Part shown: positions 36,411 to 50,500 of the stretch, piece after piece
Numbering within the stretch: position 1 is the stretch's first letter
Layout: the number at the start of each line of letters is the position of its first letter
NCBI RefSeq assembly: GCF_000002075.1
Contig: NW_004797831.1
Span: 423,249 to 487,248, forward strand
Direction of reading: 5' to 3'
Source of the DNA: Aplysia californica
Taxonomy: Eukaryota
Length of the DNA stretch: 64,000 nucleotides
Notes under the pieces: generated by a model
What the model was told of the DNA's origin: nothing
The model's database searches: none
Seen by the model: the letters and a program-made list of their open reading frames with translations, nothing else
Made by a program: the position numbers and the translations under genes

Positions 36411-38732
36411 TTTTAAAAAGTTTTACTGAGAGTTTTACAGCGTTTGCAACACAAATAGGTCGTATGATTGCTGAAGATTAGAGGTGTTACTGAAGAGTAG
36501 CATGCAAAGAAAAGGAGGAGAGATAAGGAGCAGACCACACAAGAGCATCCTCCTCGAACCACCCTGTCAGCATGCTGAGGTGTGCACTCTGTGCGTAGAA
36601 GGGAACAAGTTAGATTACTCCCAGTGTGTGTGCTCAGGTCCATGGTGTTGGCCACGGCTAGCTATACAATAGATCTATCGTCATTTTGTACAAAAAACCT
36701 GTTTCTTGTATTTCATGCCTCTGAAGTATCTTCACTTGTTAGTAACAAGTATTTCTGTGCATCCCGTTAGCATATGCGTCGTTGTTTTATCTTTCTTTCC
36801 TCTCTGGTGTGTAACTATATATTTAATCCTCTGATGTGTACTAACCAAGGCATACATTGTAACCTTGTCATTACTTTGTCTTTGGAGTTGAGAAATTCCG
36901 TGGTCAATATGTCGCAGTTTGGGCCTGCCCAAATGTCCCCTTTGATTACTCTTCTTCGTTTTTTTCCATATCTTTCCTGTATGTTTTGATTTTGGCGAGC
37001 TTTATGATGCGCGTTTCACTGAACATGAAGTTATTGTGTATGTGAGTTTTAATTGAAGTGAGGAAAAATTCAAGTTCAAGCATAACAATTTATAATGTGT
37101 ACTGTTGCATTACAGCATGGTGCTAAAAAGCATAATAATAACTTTTAGAAGTACGTGTAGTAAACTTTTATCTTTGTTGTGTGTTTGACTGGAGTGAGTT
37201 AGACCGAGATACACACGCTTGACTGTCTTGTTGACTGCACGACTGACTGATTGAGCTGACGTAGGACTTACGATAACTGTGTTGATGCTGACAGAATTCA
37301 TGTGTCTTTTACTCTCTGAAGTAGTAAGTAGTAAAATAATGTTTGTTTTAATAACTGCTGAAAAGAATGTGATGAATCAGAGCCGAGTGACAGGAGAACT
37401 ATCTAGAAAGGTGTGTATTTTAAACTTGTGGGGCTGTTGTTATATGTGTTATGCAGCAGTATATTGCTTTTCTTGTCCATGTGGTAGTGACTTAAAGAGA
37501 CTGGAGAATCTATGGTAGTAATGACAGTATAGATAGAGCCTTGAAGGAGAGTGTCCGTGGATTCATATACTTAACCTGATTCCATTCTTCAGTTTTTAGT
37601 TTTTGTAAAAGTTTTATGACACTTGCAACACAACCAGGTCATGTAAGTGCTGAAGATTAGAGGTGTTTTTAGAGAGTGATGTACAAATAGAGGAAGGAGG
37701 AGAGATAGAAGGATGATAGATGGTTGATAGGAAAGAAGGAACAAACCACACCAGAGCACCTGTCAGCCACCCACTTCTGTTCTTTGACTGTTCTACAGCC
37801 TGCTGTATGAAAATGTCAGATAAGCAGTTTAGGAACAGGACAGTGGGTGTGTGTGTGGAGGGGGGGGGGGGGTAAATGTTTCATTTAGTTTCATGTCACC
37901 AAACCATTGCATTTTGTGCTGAGCAGTGAGACTGTGTTTAAAGACATTGTGGTTATTGTTGTATATAAGTCAATTTAACCCTATCCGTACGTTGTGTTTT
38001 ACTATCGTATCCATACAATGTGGGGAACTCTGTGCCGCCACTTCCAAAGAGGAAATTTACTTGTTAATCCTATCCGTACGCTTTGCATCTAGTCTGTCAA
38101 AATGATGTTTTGAGAATACTGACAGTTTCAAAGAGATCTTTGTACTAGAAGTATTCTAAAATGTGAAGAAAATACAACCCCGAGGGTACAAAATGACCCA
38201 AGAGCGTACGGATAGTGTTAAAGAAAAATCCTTGTGCACTAAAATCAAAATTACTGTGAGGAGTTTGAAGCTTGTGCTGACTGTATACGGAGTTTAGTTC
38301 TATTTCCTTTGGCTGTCTATAATAATGCCATTTTTTTGGGGTTTTAAATAGAAATATTTGATCTAATAATACGAGTATGATAGTAAGGTATGTTACGCAA
38401 CTTTCACTTTTAGAATAGATCATGAAATACGCTAGAAGTTTTATGTACCGGTACACTTTTAGGTTTTGCAGTTCACAATGCTTTCTAGTTAGGTGTGTGA
38501 GACGAGAGGCAAGACCAGAACTGGATGAACTGTCACAGGGGTTACTCAGGTTAGTTTAGTTTTAGTAGAGGTTTTACGGTGCTCGCAACCTCATAAGGTC
38601 ATATGAGCGCCAGAAGGTTAGAGGTGTTACAAGAGAGTAACAAACATAAAAAAAGAAGAAGGGGAGATAAGGACGATAGGGCGTTTGATAGGAAAGAAGA
38701 AGCAAACCACACGAGAGCACCCGTCAACCACA
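36411..38732 (-). mobile_element. Three separate minus-strand family A copies (about 36411-36565, 37590-37775, 38550-38732)
   Basis: reverse complement of family A; the first is flanked by the duplication ATGCTGAGGT. Confidence 0.7.
37979..38217. mobile_element. piggyBac-like MITE
   Basis: TTAA|CCCTATCCGTACG...CGTACGGATAGTG|TTAA, with a second left end near 38064. Confidence 0.65.
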
Positions 38733-38884
38733 AGATGTATCTAAGGGCTGTGCTACAGAATAGCAGTCTGTGAGGACCCTTTGGAGTTGAGAAGTCACAA
38801 TTGACTGGAGGCAAATTGAGAAGTGAAGGGAGAACTCTAAACGAAGAATATCTCTGTAGCTATCTACTTTTGAGTTCATATCTG

Positions 38885-39280
38885 TCGTGGTATGGTGAAA
38901 TCAGGAACTTGTCAATTTTCAGGCATATTGAGCTATTGGTATTGTCTTAAAGCTTGTTTATTTGTCTGGCTTTTGTTTTAAAAACTACATATCTGTCTTG
39001 AATAGAAGTGAAGGAGGTTTTGGGTTGCTGTGTGTCAGGGGTATGTTTAAGGAGAAAATGGCCGTCGAAGTTTGCTGCTGCAAATATTTATATTTTTTGT
39101 GCCTTTGATCAACTTTTTAAAGTAAAATTTACACAGAAATGTGTTTTTAAATGGACATAAAAGGTGTTGAGTCAAAAAAAAAAGAAGAAGAAATTTAATT
39201 AAAATTGCCCAATAAACGGAAAAATGTTGGTTTCCTCGATTCCATTATTTTGACAAGTGCCTGATTTCACCACGATGCTG
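38885..39280. mobile_element. MITE; related copy at ~27200-27615
   Basis: TIR TGGTGAAATCAGG..CTTGTCAA / TTGACAAGTGCCTGATTTCACCA; shared interior. Confidence 0.65.
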
Positions 39281-39977
39281 AACATTATATTCCATATAAT
39301 ATTTTTATAATGCTCTCTAAAAAGTAGTAAACAACTGGTGGTTTAGATGAATGGTCAATGGTCTGTGAATACATTGCGGGGAAAATTTGGAGACTCTAAA
39401 ATATGTGGCAGTTGGCTAGGCAGCACGGCCGGTCTTACGTTCGGAGAGCTTAAGGACTTTGAATTATGGCGATTTTGTATCCTAGCAAAGAATCTGTGGG
39501 AGGCAACTTTGTACACCGTTTATTTCCTAAGGTAAAAAAAAATAATGCTGGACTAAGTTTCAAGGCTAATGAGTTTCTTGGAATATCTATGAATCATTAT
39601 CATAAGGTAGACTACTTATTACGAAAGTATATTTAAGAGAATTATTTCTTTTTTAAAATTGAAACACAAATAGAAATCCTCATTCAAAAAGACTTGCAAT
39701 AAGTGAGATATCTTTAAGATTTACTTTTTTTTAGTGATGTATTTGGCACAGATAGTACAGTATTAACATGTTTAGCTTTGTTAAAAATGTGTATTAGGAC
39801 ACATCTCAAAAGAGAAGTCTTGGAAGAAAAGAGATTTTTGTCATCTGAGCGTTTACTTACTGACATTTTTAGTCAGTTCGAAAGTGCTTGTGGCCAAGAA
39901 TGAGAAAAAGTAAAAGTTGATTTTTAATTTTAGCTTTTTTTGTTTTTAACTGTTGTAAGGCAAGGCCAGATGATGAT

Positions 39978-40284
39978 GTTGCTGATGCAATGTTCTTGTT
40001 GCATATATGCAATGTTCTTGTTGCTGATGCAATGTTTTTGTTGCTGATGCAATGTTCTTGTTGCTGAAGCAATGTTCTTGTTGCATATATGCAATGTTCT
40101 TGTTGCTGATGCAATGTTCTTGTTGCATATATGCAATGTTCTTGTTGCTGATGCAATGTTCTTGTTGCTGATGCAATGTTCTTGTTGCATATATGCAATG
40201 TTCTTGTTGCTGATGCAATGTTCTTGTTGCATATATGCAATGTTCTTGTTGCTGATGCAATGTTCTTGTTGCATATATGCAATG
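39978..40284. repeat. Composite 20/22-bp minisatellite
   Basis: GTTGCTGATGCAATGTTCTT interleaved with GTTGCATATATGCAATGTTCTT. Confidence 0.9.
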
Positions 40285-40348
40285 ATGAAGAAGGTCCTGG
40301 AATTTTCTGTGAAGCTTTACTCTTACAATAGTGCATGTTCTTAACAAA

Positions 40349-40388
<40 letters not shown>

Positions 40389-40708
40389 AACAAAATGTAC
40401 GTTGCGTTATTTTTATGTCACGAAATGTATTATGAACTTTTGTCAGCTTCTGACTGCTGAAGAATGTGCAATCATGTGACTGATTATTCCAGTGACAAGT
40501 AAATATTATGCAAATAGTCTTGTCTGTCAGGTGGATTTCTTTTTCATTTTGAGTACGATGTGTGACTGAGGTTGAATGAAAGTGTAGTAAGCTTGGACAG
40601 TTTGCATGCAAGACTTTACACCGCAGTACTCGCACTTTGAATAGGATAGTGCTTGTACTTGTAGTACGTATGATTTGGATAGTGCTGCTCCCAATACCGG
40701 AGTGCGAC

Positions 40709-40960
40709 TGGCATTTTTGGTGTAACGGTTAGGCTCTTCACCATTGCACGCAGATGCGGGTTCAATTCCTGAGTGGGGAGGTATTTTTATCCAGTATCTC
40801 CGTCTGTCTGCTGGGATGTTGTGTCTTACTCAGCTCAGTTTGCCGCAGACTGGCAGGGATTTTAAAAGATTGAAACTGTGTTGAGGGCATAAAACTTGCC
40901 TCCTCCAGTAAGTCCTACTGCACTATTATATAATGGCTCCTAAAGTCAATGGTTGTCACC
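40709..40960 (+). mobile_element. Degraded tRNA-derived SINE
   Basis: TGGTGTAACGG and GGTTCAATTCC boxes without a complete cloverleaf. Confidence 0.45.
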
Positions 40961-41904
40961 TGATGAATGGTCCTTTAGTGGGTGGTTGGAGGATGCGGTC
41001 CACAGGTCTTGCATATTGCGCTGTGACAGTTTACCTGCTTAAAAAAATCAGTAGTGTGTATTGTGTGGACTTATGTGATTTCCGAATTTGAAGACTTAAA
41101 AAAAGCAATATTTGCTACTAAAAAAAATAACCCCTTTTTTTGCCCATGGCTTGAACTTGAAAAATTTTTGCAAAAAAAGTTCTCTTTTATAGTTAAGGAC
41201 AAAGCTCTTTTTGCTACCACTATTTTGCAGAAATGTACTTGTGTGCACTTTCGAATACTTCTGGCAGCAAGATAAATACGAACCAGGGTATAAACTTGCA
41301 CTTTATTGAAATAATATGCTAGCTTTTAATTCTTTTATCTGTTTATTGAGTACATGTACGAAGATTATAATTATAACATTTTCCCTCAAGTTCTTTTCCC
41401 CGCACAAGTGTAGAAACATGTACACTAGTACTGTACAGCATAGATGGTTTTCAAAGAAATGAGACAAATGCGGATTGAACAAAATTCCAAATTTTATTAT
41501 ATCCAACATGCCGGACATGTAAAAAAAAAAGGATAACTTTGATTCAGTTTGATTTAAATATAGTCAGATTCAGTGGATAAAATGCATGCAGGTTTTGATG
41601 AAAACTTTTTTGTTGGATGCGAATCTACTCATCACAACTAGAGATTCATTTGGGAAAGCAGGCTTGCCAACCTTCCCGAATTTTTGGGGAAATTCCCGAA
41701 TTGCCATCGTCGTTCCCCAACCTTCCCTGAAACGCCGGTTTCCCGATAAATCGTGATACCCCACCACTCCCAAATTAAAAAAAAAATCATTTTCTTAGAA
41801 AAAACAAAACGCGAAGGCAGAGAAATGCTGAGGACGAAGGGGTATTGCAAACTCAGGAAATCGGGATCGATGCATTAGTTGGGTATTGGTTTTGACAATC
41901 ACTA

Positions 41905-42205
41905 TCAAAGAGAGAACAAGCCAAAGGCCAGTAAAGGAAGATATTCAGGTGAAGAAATGGAAATGGATTGGACACACCCTGAGGAGACCCCGGACAAGCA
42001 TCATCAGGCAGGCCTTAACATGGAACCCACAAGGAAAGCGTAAGAAGGGAAGACCAAAGATGACATGGAGGCGAGCGCTATCAGCGGAAATTGAAAAAGC
42101 GGGGACATCATGGAAACAGATAGAAAAGGATGCTCAGGACAGGCTTCGCTGGATTAATGTTGTTGATGGCCTGTGCTCCACTGGGAGTTAAAAAGGGCAA
42201 GAGAG
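41905..42205 (+). mobile_element. 5'-truncated RTE-clade LINE 3' end
   Basis: WKWIGHTLRR..RQALTWNPQGKRKKGRPK.TWRR..AQDR.RW; near-identical copy at 56315; ATCAAAGA flank duplication. Confidence 0.85.
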
Positions 42206-44324
42206 ATCAAAGATTACTTGGTAATCGTACTCGATTCAAATATTTAATACACATCGTCAGTGTTTTTTTTTAGTAGTTAGTAGCCTATCACAGAAGTGTG
42301 TCTGTGGCACTCCGGTGCAATCAAATTCCAGAATTCAGTATCTCAAAAGTTGGCAAGCCTGCGAAATGTGGTCCATGTGGAGTTTCAGAGGAATTTCTGT
42401 TCAATAAGTAGAAAAAAGAAGAAAGGAAAGTGTCCCAACAGGAATATGTTCCTGAATAGCCATACATATATTTACTTGTCACACAAGTGTCGAATGTTTG
42501 TGGCAAGAAAATAAGTATTTACATTTTTACAGTACAGCCTTTGATAAGCTCGTAGGGGGGGAGATCAGTCAAGAAAGATCAAGAAACAAGAAAGTACCGG
42601 GAATCTCCTTGAGAAATGGGAGAAAAAAACGGTAGAGGACGGTGACCTCTGGTGAATAGCTTGAGTACATCATTGTGTGTATGTATGTGTGTGTGTAAGG
42701 AGGACACCTGAACATTCAAGAAGGTTCGGTACATTCAAGGACACTGTATGGTGAACAAGGGTGACGACACACTAAAAAAAAGTAAAAAATATAGACAGAC
42801 GTTGAAGCTGCCAAGGAGAAGAAGGAGGTGCACAATAACCAGGCATCATGTCATGTTCGTACTGCTCATGACACAATACAGTGGACATCACTTACATTAC
42901 AATAAAAATCAATCAAACTAATCTGTAAAAATTCTTTCTGATTAGTTTCCCATCTACTGTCCAGTTAGGTGTAAGGACGCTTAACTCTTTGCCATCTCTA
43001 GGCTCATATAGTAAAAACCCTTGCCATCAAAGGCAAAGGCATTTAGGGGAAAATCCAAAGAAACTGGGTGGTAAACGTTGCCGATCAGCGAGATGTGACG
43101 ACAAAGTGTGAAAGAACAAGACATCATACAGTTCACATAATACGCATAAATTGTTTTTTTCCTGAGTGATTTTGATGCAACATTTGTTAAACAGTTTGAC
43201 AAAAAGAAGTCGGGCCTGATCCAAAGACCAACTTTTAGTCATTTGTAAAACTTGAGAAAAATGTTAGTAATTTGCATTACATATTCTATTGTTATGAGCA
43301 TGAGCCAACAAATGTGAATTTATTCTAATTAATGGCAAGTAAAACATATTAGTAGTTCAACTTTAAGTGGGACCTATGACAGAAAGTGGAGCTATGACTC
43401 CGGAGCGGGGATGTTCTCTTGACTCAGGAACTGGCAAGCACCTACTCTCCTTGAGGTAATCATACGAGTGACGGTCCCACACTTTCAACCAGGGGCTAGC
43501 ACCACCCAAACTTTACAGTCAACCGCCAAGCAATGGGGGCATAATGGGGGCATAATGTGGGCATAATGTGGGTTCATGCCTGAAGAAAAGCAGCAAAAGT
43601 CCGATTTTGAAACTTTTTAGATCAGCGAAAATTTAATGCTAAACATAGTGGTTGAAAAAAATATTTTCAGAAATCTCAAGTAGTTTTTGGGATAATCTGT
43701 CCGGGTGGTTTTATGCACCCCGGATAATTTAGCAAAATTTGATCATTTTTTGCATAATTTCTGATTATTTTCCTTTGTCATTCTTTGTTAAAATTAACAG
43801 AATCACATAATTTCACATTTTTGGGCTCAGTTTGCATAATTTCAGAATTTTTCTTGCATAAAACGATGGGGACAGGATAATGCATGTTTTGTGAAATAAG
43901 ATATTATACAGACAAGATATCAAGAAAATGGAAGTTTGACAATCACATGACACTGTGAAGACCCTACCAAACTGTCCGAATAATTCATAATAAAATACTA
44001 ACTTATAAGTCAAATAAATGATGATCCTTTCAAATTATGGTTCAGATATGGTGGTACTATTGTTTTTTAAAATTTTAATGTGAACACATTTCGGTCAAAA
44101 TACTGCTTTTTTACTTCATCAACCAGAAGCTTGAAAATTGTACATTGTACTATGGGCCAACTTTTTGTCCCTTTCTCCACGCTTTCACACAAAAGAAGGC
44201 GCTTTCTGATATCATTTGTTTCATTTGCTTCCTTAGCGTCTGCACCATATTCTACCAACTTGAAGAGGTAGTGATATTACAAAGGTCAGAATATCCGTAG
44301 TTCAAACTGGTCTTTTTTTTTTAT

Positions 44325-44705
44325 AGTAAAGGGTTTTACTGCGCTCGCAACTGTATAAGGTCATATGAGCGCCAAAGGGTGGATGTCAACAGAGAAGTCT
44401 TTACAGGGAATCAGACTTACTCTGCTCACCTCTCTAGCTTCAACAGCACAAGGTCTGCTTCCACTATCAAGGCACCCCGGAAATAGCAGGTCACAAAAGA
44501 GTGACAAATATACAAAAGAAGTAGAGGAAAATGACAATAGTAAGGATCAGGAAAGAAAAAGCAGCAGTTCCCTGTTGTAGATCAGGCACAGTTATGAGCG
44601 TGACATGAGTCAGCCCATTTACAATTCTACTATGCTTGAATGAGAAATTTCCCCACTTTGGGAATGGCCTAAAGACACTACAGTCAGTCAGTGGCACTGC
44701 CCCGG
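44325..44705 (-). mobile_element. Longer family A relative with a long flanking duplication
   Basis: GCGTCTGCACCATATTCTA..AACTTGAAGAGG.AGTGATATTACAAAG repeated at ~44236 and ~44720. Confidence 0.7.
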
Positions 44706-45099
44706 GGGTTGATACTTTTGCGTCTGCACCATATTCTATAACTTGAAGAGGCAGTGATATTACAAAGACCAGGAATATTTGTAGTTCTATTTTCAACTGG
44801 TATGAAAACATGAAGAGAACTTAAACCAGCTGAACTTTAATTTGGTTAAATCTGGAGAAGATTCTGTTGTCTATGGATCAAAGTGTGCAGCAGTGCAAAG
44901 TTTATTAAACATCGTTTGAATGTTGATGACACATCGATATGTTTGCAGTGTATAACCAATGGCTTGAATGACAATGCTTTCAGATTAGTTAGTAACAAAG
45001 TAATCAATAAATCTTGGAATGACGGTGCCTACCTTGGGCACTTTTCTTTGGCTATGTCACTAAATAAATCACCAGAGGTAGCACAGTCCCATAAAGGTT

Positions 45100-45285
45100 T
45101 TTAGCTTTAGTAGAGGTTTTACAGCGCTCGCAACTGCATAAGGTCATATGCGTGCCAGAAGATTAGAGCTGTTACAAGAGAGTAACAAAAATAAAAAAGA
45201 TGAAGGGGAGATCCTTTAAGGACGATAGATGTTTGATAGGAAAGAAGAAGTAAACCACACCAGAGCACCCGCCAACCACCCACCC
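45100..45285 (-). mobile_element. Family A copy
   Basis: TSD CCCATAAAGGTTT. Confidence 0.8.
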
Positions 45286-45987
45286 ATAAAGGTTTATGGA
45301 CAGAATAAAACAAGTACAGCCTTGTTGGGTACAGGGATCTGTGATATGCTGACCTATTCTCTTATTATACAGTCATCCTTTATTAAACAGCCTAAATGGG
45401 TACAACAGGTGGAATGTCACTGGAATTTCAAATTAAACCAAACCATCTCAAACTACCCATACAAGAGGATAAACAATCCAACATATTCATTTATCTCTAT
45501 TATCAATATTATAATTATACGGGGAGAGTATAACAAAATATGCAATCAACAGTAAATAATAATTGGCTTGCAAAAATGTTTTTTCAGCACCAGGCAAGCA
45601 ATGAATGCCACACAACACAAAATAAAAAAAAACAACAACAAATAAATAAATATGGTATAAATTGCAGTTTGAAGTTTCATTTGAAATAAACAGGAATCCA
45701 GATTCTGTCTCAAGAAAACATAATAAGTAGCTGGAGTTTCCTGCTTCTCTTTCTTCTGTACATTATATTGGCTTATGTTGTCACATTTATTATTCTAACA
45801 ATGGTTTCTTTCATGAGAAAAAAATGCCCTTGCAGTTGAACAAATTGCAACAATCCAAAAGTTGAAGAAACAAAAACTAAAACAGAATGAATTCAACCAA
45901 GAGATAAAGTTGAAATAATGGTTTGTTTTTTGCATTTTCCATAGCCGTAATGAATACACACATGTTTAATTAGGTAGGCGTTTATAG

Positions 45988-46044
<57 letters not shown>

Positions 46045-47434
46045 TACATTAATTTTTTAGGGGGGGGGGGGAGGGGGGTTGCCATATGTATGTGTGTGGG
46101 TTAGCCTAGAGGAATGTGTCAGGGGTGAGTGGCCCTGTGAGTACACAAATGCGTAGGTTCCTACTGACATGTTTCTAAGGGCCACCGATCAGAGTCATAA
46201 ATGTTCTTATTATTTTCTCGAAGTCCTTTGGATAATAAGAATTTCAAAATGACAATAATTCATCCCTTGTCTCAAAATTCCCCCAAAAGGGGGTGGGATG
46301 GGGGTGGGGGGTGGGGGGATTCACTGGCTTGCAAAAACAAGGAAAAATTCCCTGAGGGCATATAAATACATGAACACATGATTATGTTAATGCAAAAGTT
46401 GAGCTTTACAACTGTGAAAATTTTGTAAATCAAAGGAACAACGAAATGCTGACTTCATGGGTCTAGAAATGTTGTACCCTTCCTTTTATGGAAGAGTCTC
46501 AGCAACAAATATAAAAACGGGGAACAAAGGCATTGTATCACAAGTGAAAAAATCTTTGTTTCAACAAATGCAGGAAAAACCTATAGATGTAACAACGATG
46601 AACCGGATTCGTAAAGGTATGCCATTTTTACTTTTATGAGTCACAAGTTTTTTGATATGGTCCAATTTTTCAGACAGACAAGTGTCTGAAAGATTACTCA
46701 GATTGATAAGTGTCTGAAATATTACAATCAGTTCTTTGAATAAATTCAAGCAAACTTGTGCGTCTGTCACTCACACAGCAATATACCATTTCCCTTTAAT
46801 AAGCAGTTCGAACTTCTTAAAAATGCAATACAAAAAAAAAAGGGGTTATTTACACAAGTAAGACTTTCTCAATCTAGCAATGCGATGATTTAGCGTAGAT
46901 GTATAAGTGAGGCGTGCTGACAAAATGAGTAACTTCTCGCGATCCAAGAATGGAGGTATTGGCAGAGAATCAGCACTGGGGTCAGACTTATATATAGATT
47001 TTCAGTTGATGCCATTTTGTTCAAGTCTACCGTGTCTTTTATTATTCCATACCGACAAATTGTGGCTAAAACAGCACCTCTCTCTCTCTCTTTCTCTCTC
47101 TTCTGGCGCTGTGGCGTCATAAACGGTCAGCAATGCCGACAGCATGCAGGAACTCAACACTTGCCTGGGGGTCCTTAAAAAGACTAAAAGTGCTGAAAGT
47201 GGGTTACTGAAATGTCCCAGCAGACGGGTAAAAAACCGCACCTAGTACATGGATGGCTGGTGCCGCTATAAATAAATCATTGATGGTCAAGGACTTACAA
47301 ATTGTACAAACTCCACCTACAAAGTTGACGCATCAATTTTTACATACGGCAAAAAATCCGAGACGTCACGCATTTTGTCAGCACACACCTCACATACAAG
47401 CAGTGGGATGATAAGCCCTTGTAGTTCTCGCTGC

Positions 47435-47558
47435 CTACATGTCCACTTCCAGAGCGTACTTCATCAGGCACCCGGTGCCAATGGCGCCCGCAAACATGGC
47501 AGGCACGGCCACTAGGGAGTGAAGTGACAGGAGACCCATGCCAGACAGTCCGTGACCA
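47435..47558 (-). CDS. YeeE/YedE terminal exon
   Basis: cctcag|SGHGLSGMGLLS...AMFAGAIGTG...VDM* (TAG). Confidence 0.9.
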
Positions 47559-50500
47559 CTGAGGGGGGAAGATAAAAACAAAGGTCATTATTATCATTAT
47601 CTTCTTCACCATCATCATCATCCTTAACTTCTTCATCATCATTATCATCATTATCTTCTTCACCATCATCATCATCCTTAACTTCTTCACCATCATCATC
47701 ATCCTTAACTTCTTCATCATCATTATCATCATTAACTTCTTCTTCATCATTATCAATATAATCATTAACTTCTTCATCATCATCATCATCATCATCATCA
47801 TTATTATTAACTTCTTTATTATCACTATCATCATCATCATCATTACTACAAACCAAACAATATGAATTTTTCTTGTTTTTCTTGAAGCATAATAGTTTGT
47901 ACCATGTTGGCACAGAACCAAAAACGGACATGAGACAAAAAAAAAAAAGACAAAACAAAGCACAGTCGACAAATACTGCAATAGTGCAAGTAAGGGAATA
48001 CACACAATATCTCCTTACAGCTGTGTCCGGCTATTGCTGGAATCCAAGAAGGGCAAAAAGGAAAGATATTCCCATATATATATATATCCGATCAGGACAT
48101 TGGGAAGTCTCTTGTTAGAGAGACAACTTCCTGGGCCTTCGGCATATTGTGGTAGGGTGGCCAGTTCCTTTCCACGCCGCCTTTATTTCCCCAACTCGAA
48201 GTCAGGTACCCATTACTGCTGGGTGGGCAGGAGGGGGCGAAAAAAATCTGCGTCTGAACCGAGGCTCGAACCCGGACTTTCCGTTTCGGAGGCGAGCCCA
48301 CTAACCGCTCCGCCACTGCACCCTTGAGAGAGAGAGAGGGTTTCTGTGCAAAACACAAAATGAATAAAAATCACCTTACAGTAGGAGGAACACCGATTTC
48401 TGCATTTCCTAAATTTTGACGAGCCTCTGATTCCGCGGCGAAGATATACAACTCTTTATCAGTTCTTCTTCTTCTTTTTCCTCATTCTCGTCATTTATTA
48501 GTTAAAACCTTTTCAAGAATCAAAAAGTGTGCAATTTTTCCCTGTGGACTCGTTCAGTGCGTCCCCTCACCTGGTGCATCCGGAGGCCATCCTAGCTCCG
48601 AAGATCATGAGCAGACCACCCACCAGCGCGCTCATCGGGCCCACGCCGTCCACGGTGTGCAGAGTTCCCGACGCCTGGGCCGACAGATGCGCTCCCACAA
48701 CAGCACCGCCCACAAAGATCACCTGGCGGAGGAGAACATATGGGAATCTCAAACACTTGAAAGTAAAGTATATCTCTTCCGAAACACACGAGAATCAAAC
48801 ACTAGAAAGGAAAATATATCTCTTCCAAATATGATATATGTTGGGTGGCGGGGGGAAACACATGAGAATGATACTCTAGAAAGTATATTATATCTCTTCC
48901 AAAACAGACGAGAATCAAACACTAGAAAGTTTTAGTTTAGTTTTACGGCACTTGCAACACAATAAGGTCACATAAGTGCCGAAGATTAAAGGTGTTACAA
49001 GAGAGTAACAAACACAAAAACGAATGAGGGGAGATAAAGACGTTAGATGTTTGATAGGAAAGAAGAAGCAAACCACACCAGAGTTCCCGCCAACCTCCCA
49101 CAAACACTACAAAGTAAAATATATTTCTTCCAAAACACACGAAAATCAAACACTAGAAAGTAAAAGATATTTCTTCCAAAACACATGAGAATGAAACACT
49201 AGAAAGTAAAATATATTTCTTCCAATACACACGAAAATCAAACACTAGAAAGTAGAAAAATATGATATGTTGGGCAGTGGGGGAAACCCCCAGATAGGCC
49301 TAATTGTGAGGCGTCCTGACAAAATGAGTTACTTCTCATCTCTCAATCTATGATTAGAGATATCGGCTGAAAATCGACAAAGGAGTCAAACTTGTTCATT
49401 TTCAACTGATGCCACTTTCTACATTCTTCCATCATTTAATTTCCACCAAAACTGTAATCTATCAAAAGAACTTCCACTCATTCTGGGGATTGGTTAAGCC
49501 GAAAACTTTGGTAGCAAGTGAGCACCATGAGCAGGTTTTGAGGCCAACTAGGATAATATAGGATTTTTTAAAGAGCATGCAAGCAGAGAAATGGCGAACG
49601 GCGAACCCTGATCGCCGACGTCAGTTTCAGATCTATCACTTTCTGATGAGGAAACACTGACAAGTCCTACCTGCCACCAGTTTGACATGCCGCTGGTGAA
49701 CCCGCTGAGATAAGCGAGCGGCCTCTCGAGAGGGGGAATGTGCAGAGCCTGAGACGCTATGGTGCAATAGCTAGAGCTGGAACCTGCAGATAAAAGGAAA
49801 GCTGAAGATACACACCATGGGGTCCACCGATGATAAGATAATGACAATTGAAATAACGAGAACCTGGTCTAAACGAGACAATCCTTGTTCTCCGTTTTTC
49901 TCTGTATATTTACTTCTATAATATAATGATATACTGAAATAGTGAGACTCGCCGTTAGCAATTTCAGTAACAGCAGAAGTATTGTAACCCGTCAGTGTTT
50001 GAAGAATAGAACATGCTGAGAGGGTAACAGCTCAACAATCTTCGCTCAGGGTTTTAGCAAAAAAATCACTTTTTTAAAAACAGATTCCAAGGCACTGGTG
50101 AGGGGCATATGCCTTGTACAAAACCTCAGAGTTAAATGACTGTTTAAAAAATGGACAGTGGTAAAGTTCCATACAATTTATCTTGATATGAAAGATATTG
50201 CAGAGAAAAATCAGTTGGTTTTTTTTCCTCCTGTAAAATTTGAAAAAATTACGATAAATGTGCAGCTGCTCCGCAGTGCATTGACATTTCAAACAAAGAA
50301 TTCACAGGATTCATAAAACTACCCTAGGAGACAGCAGGATATTGACATTTCAAACAAAACCTTTTACAAGATTCATAAAACTATGCTTGGAGACAGCAGG
50401 GTATTGACATCTCAAACAAAGATTTTTCCAAGACTCATAAAACTACGCTAGGAGACGTACCTAAAGTGTCGTGGAGGATGAGAACTGCCGGAGCCTGGAG

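Noticed and set aside
39869-40393. Repetitive ORFs in three frames
   Set aside because: Produced by a stop-free 20/22-bp minisatellite.
47340-48005. Long poly-Met and poly-Asp ORFs
   Set aside because: Translations of an (ATC)n repeat inside the last YeeE intron.
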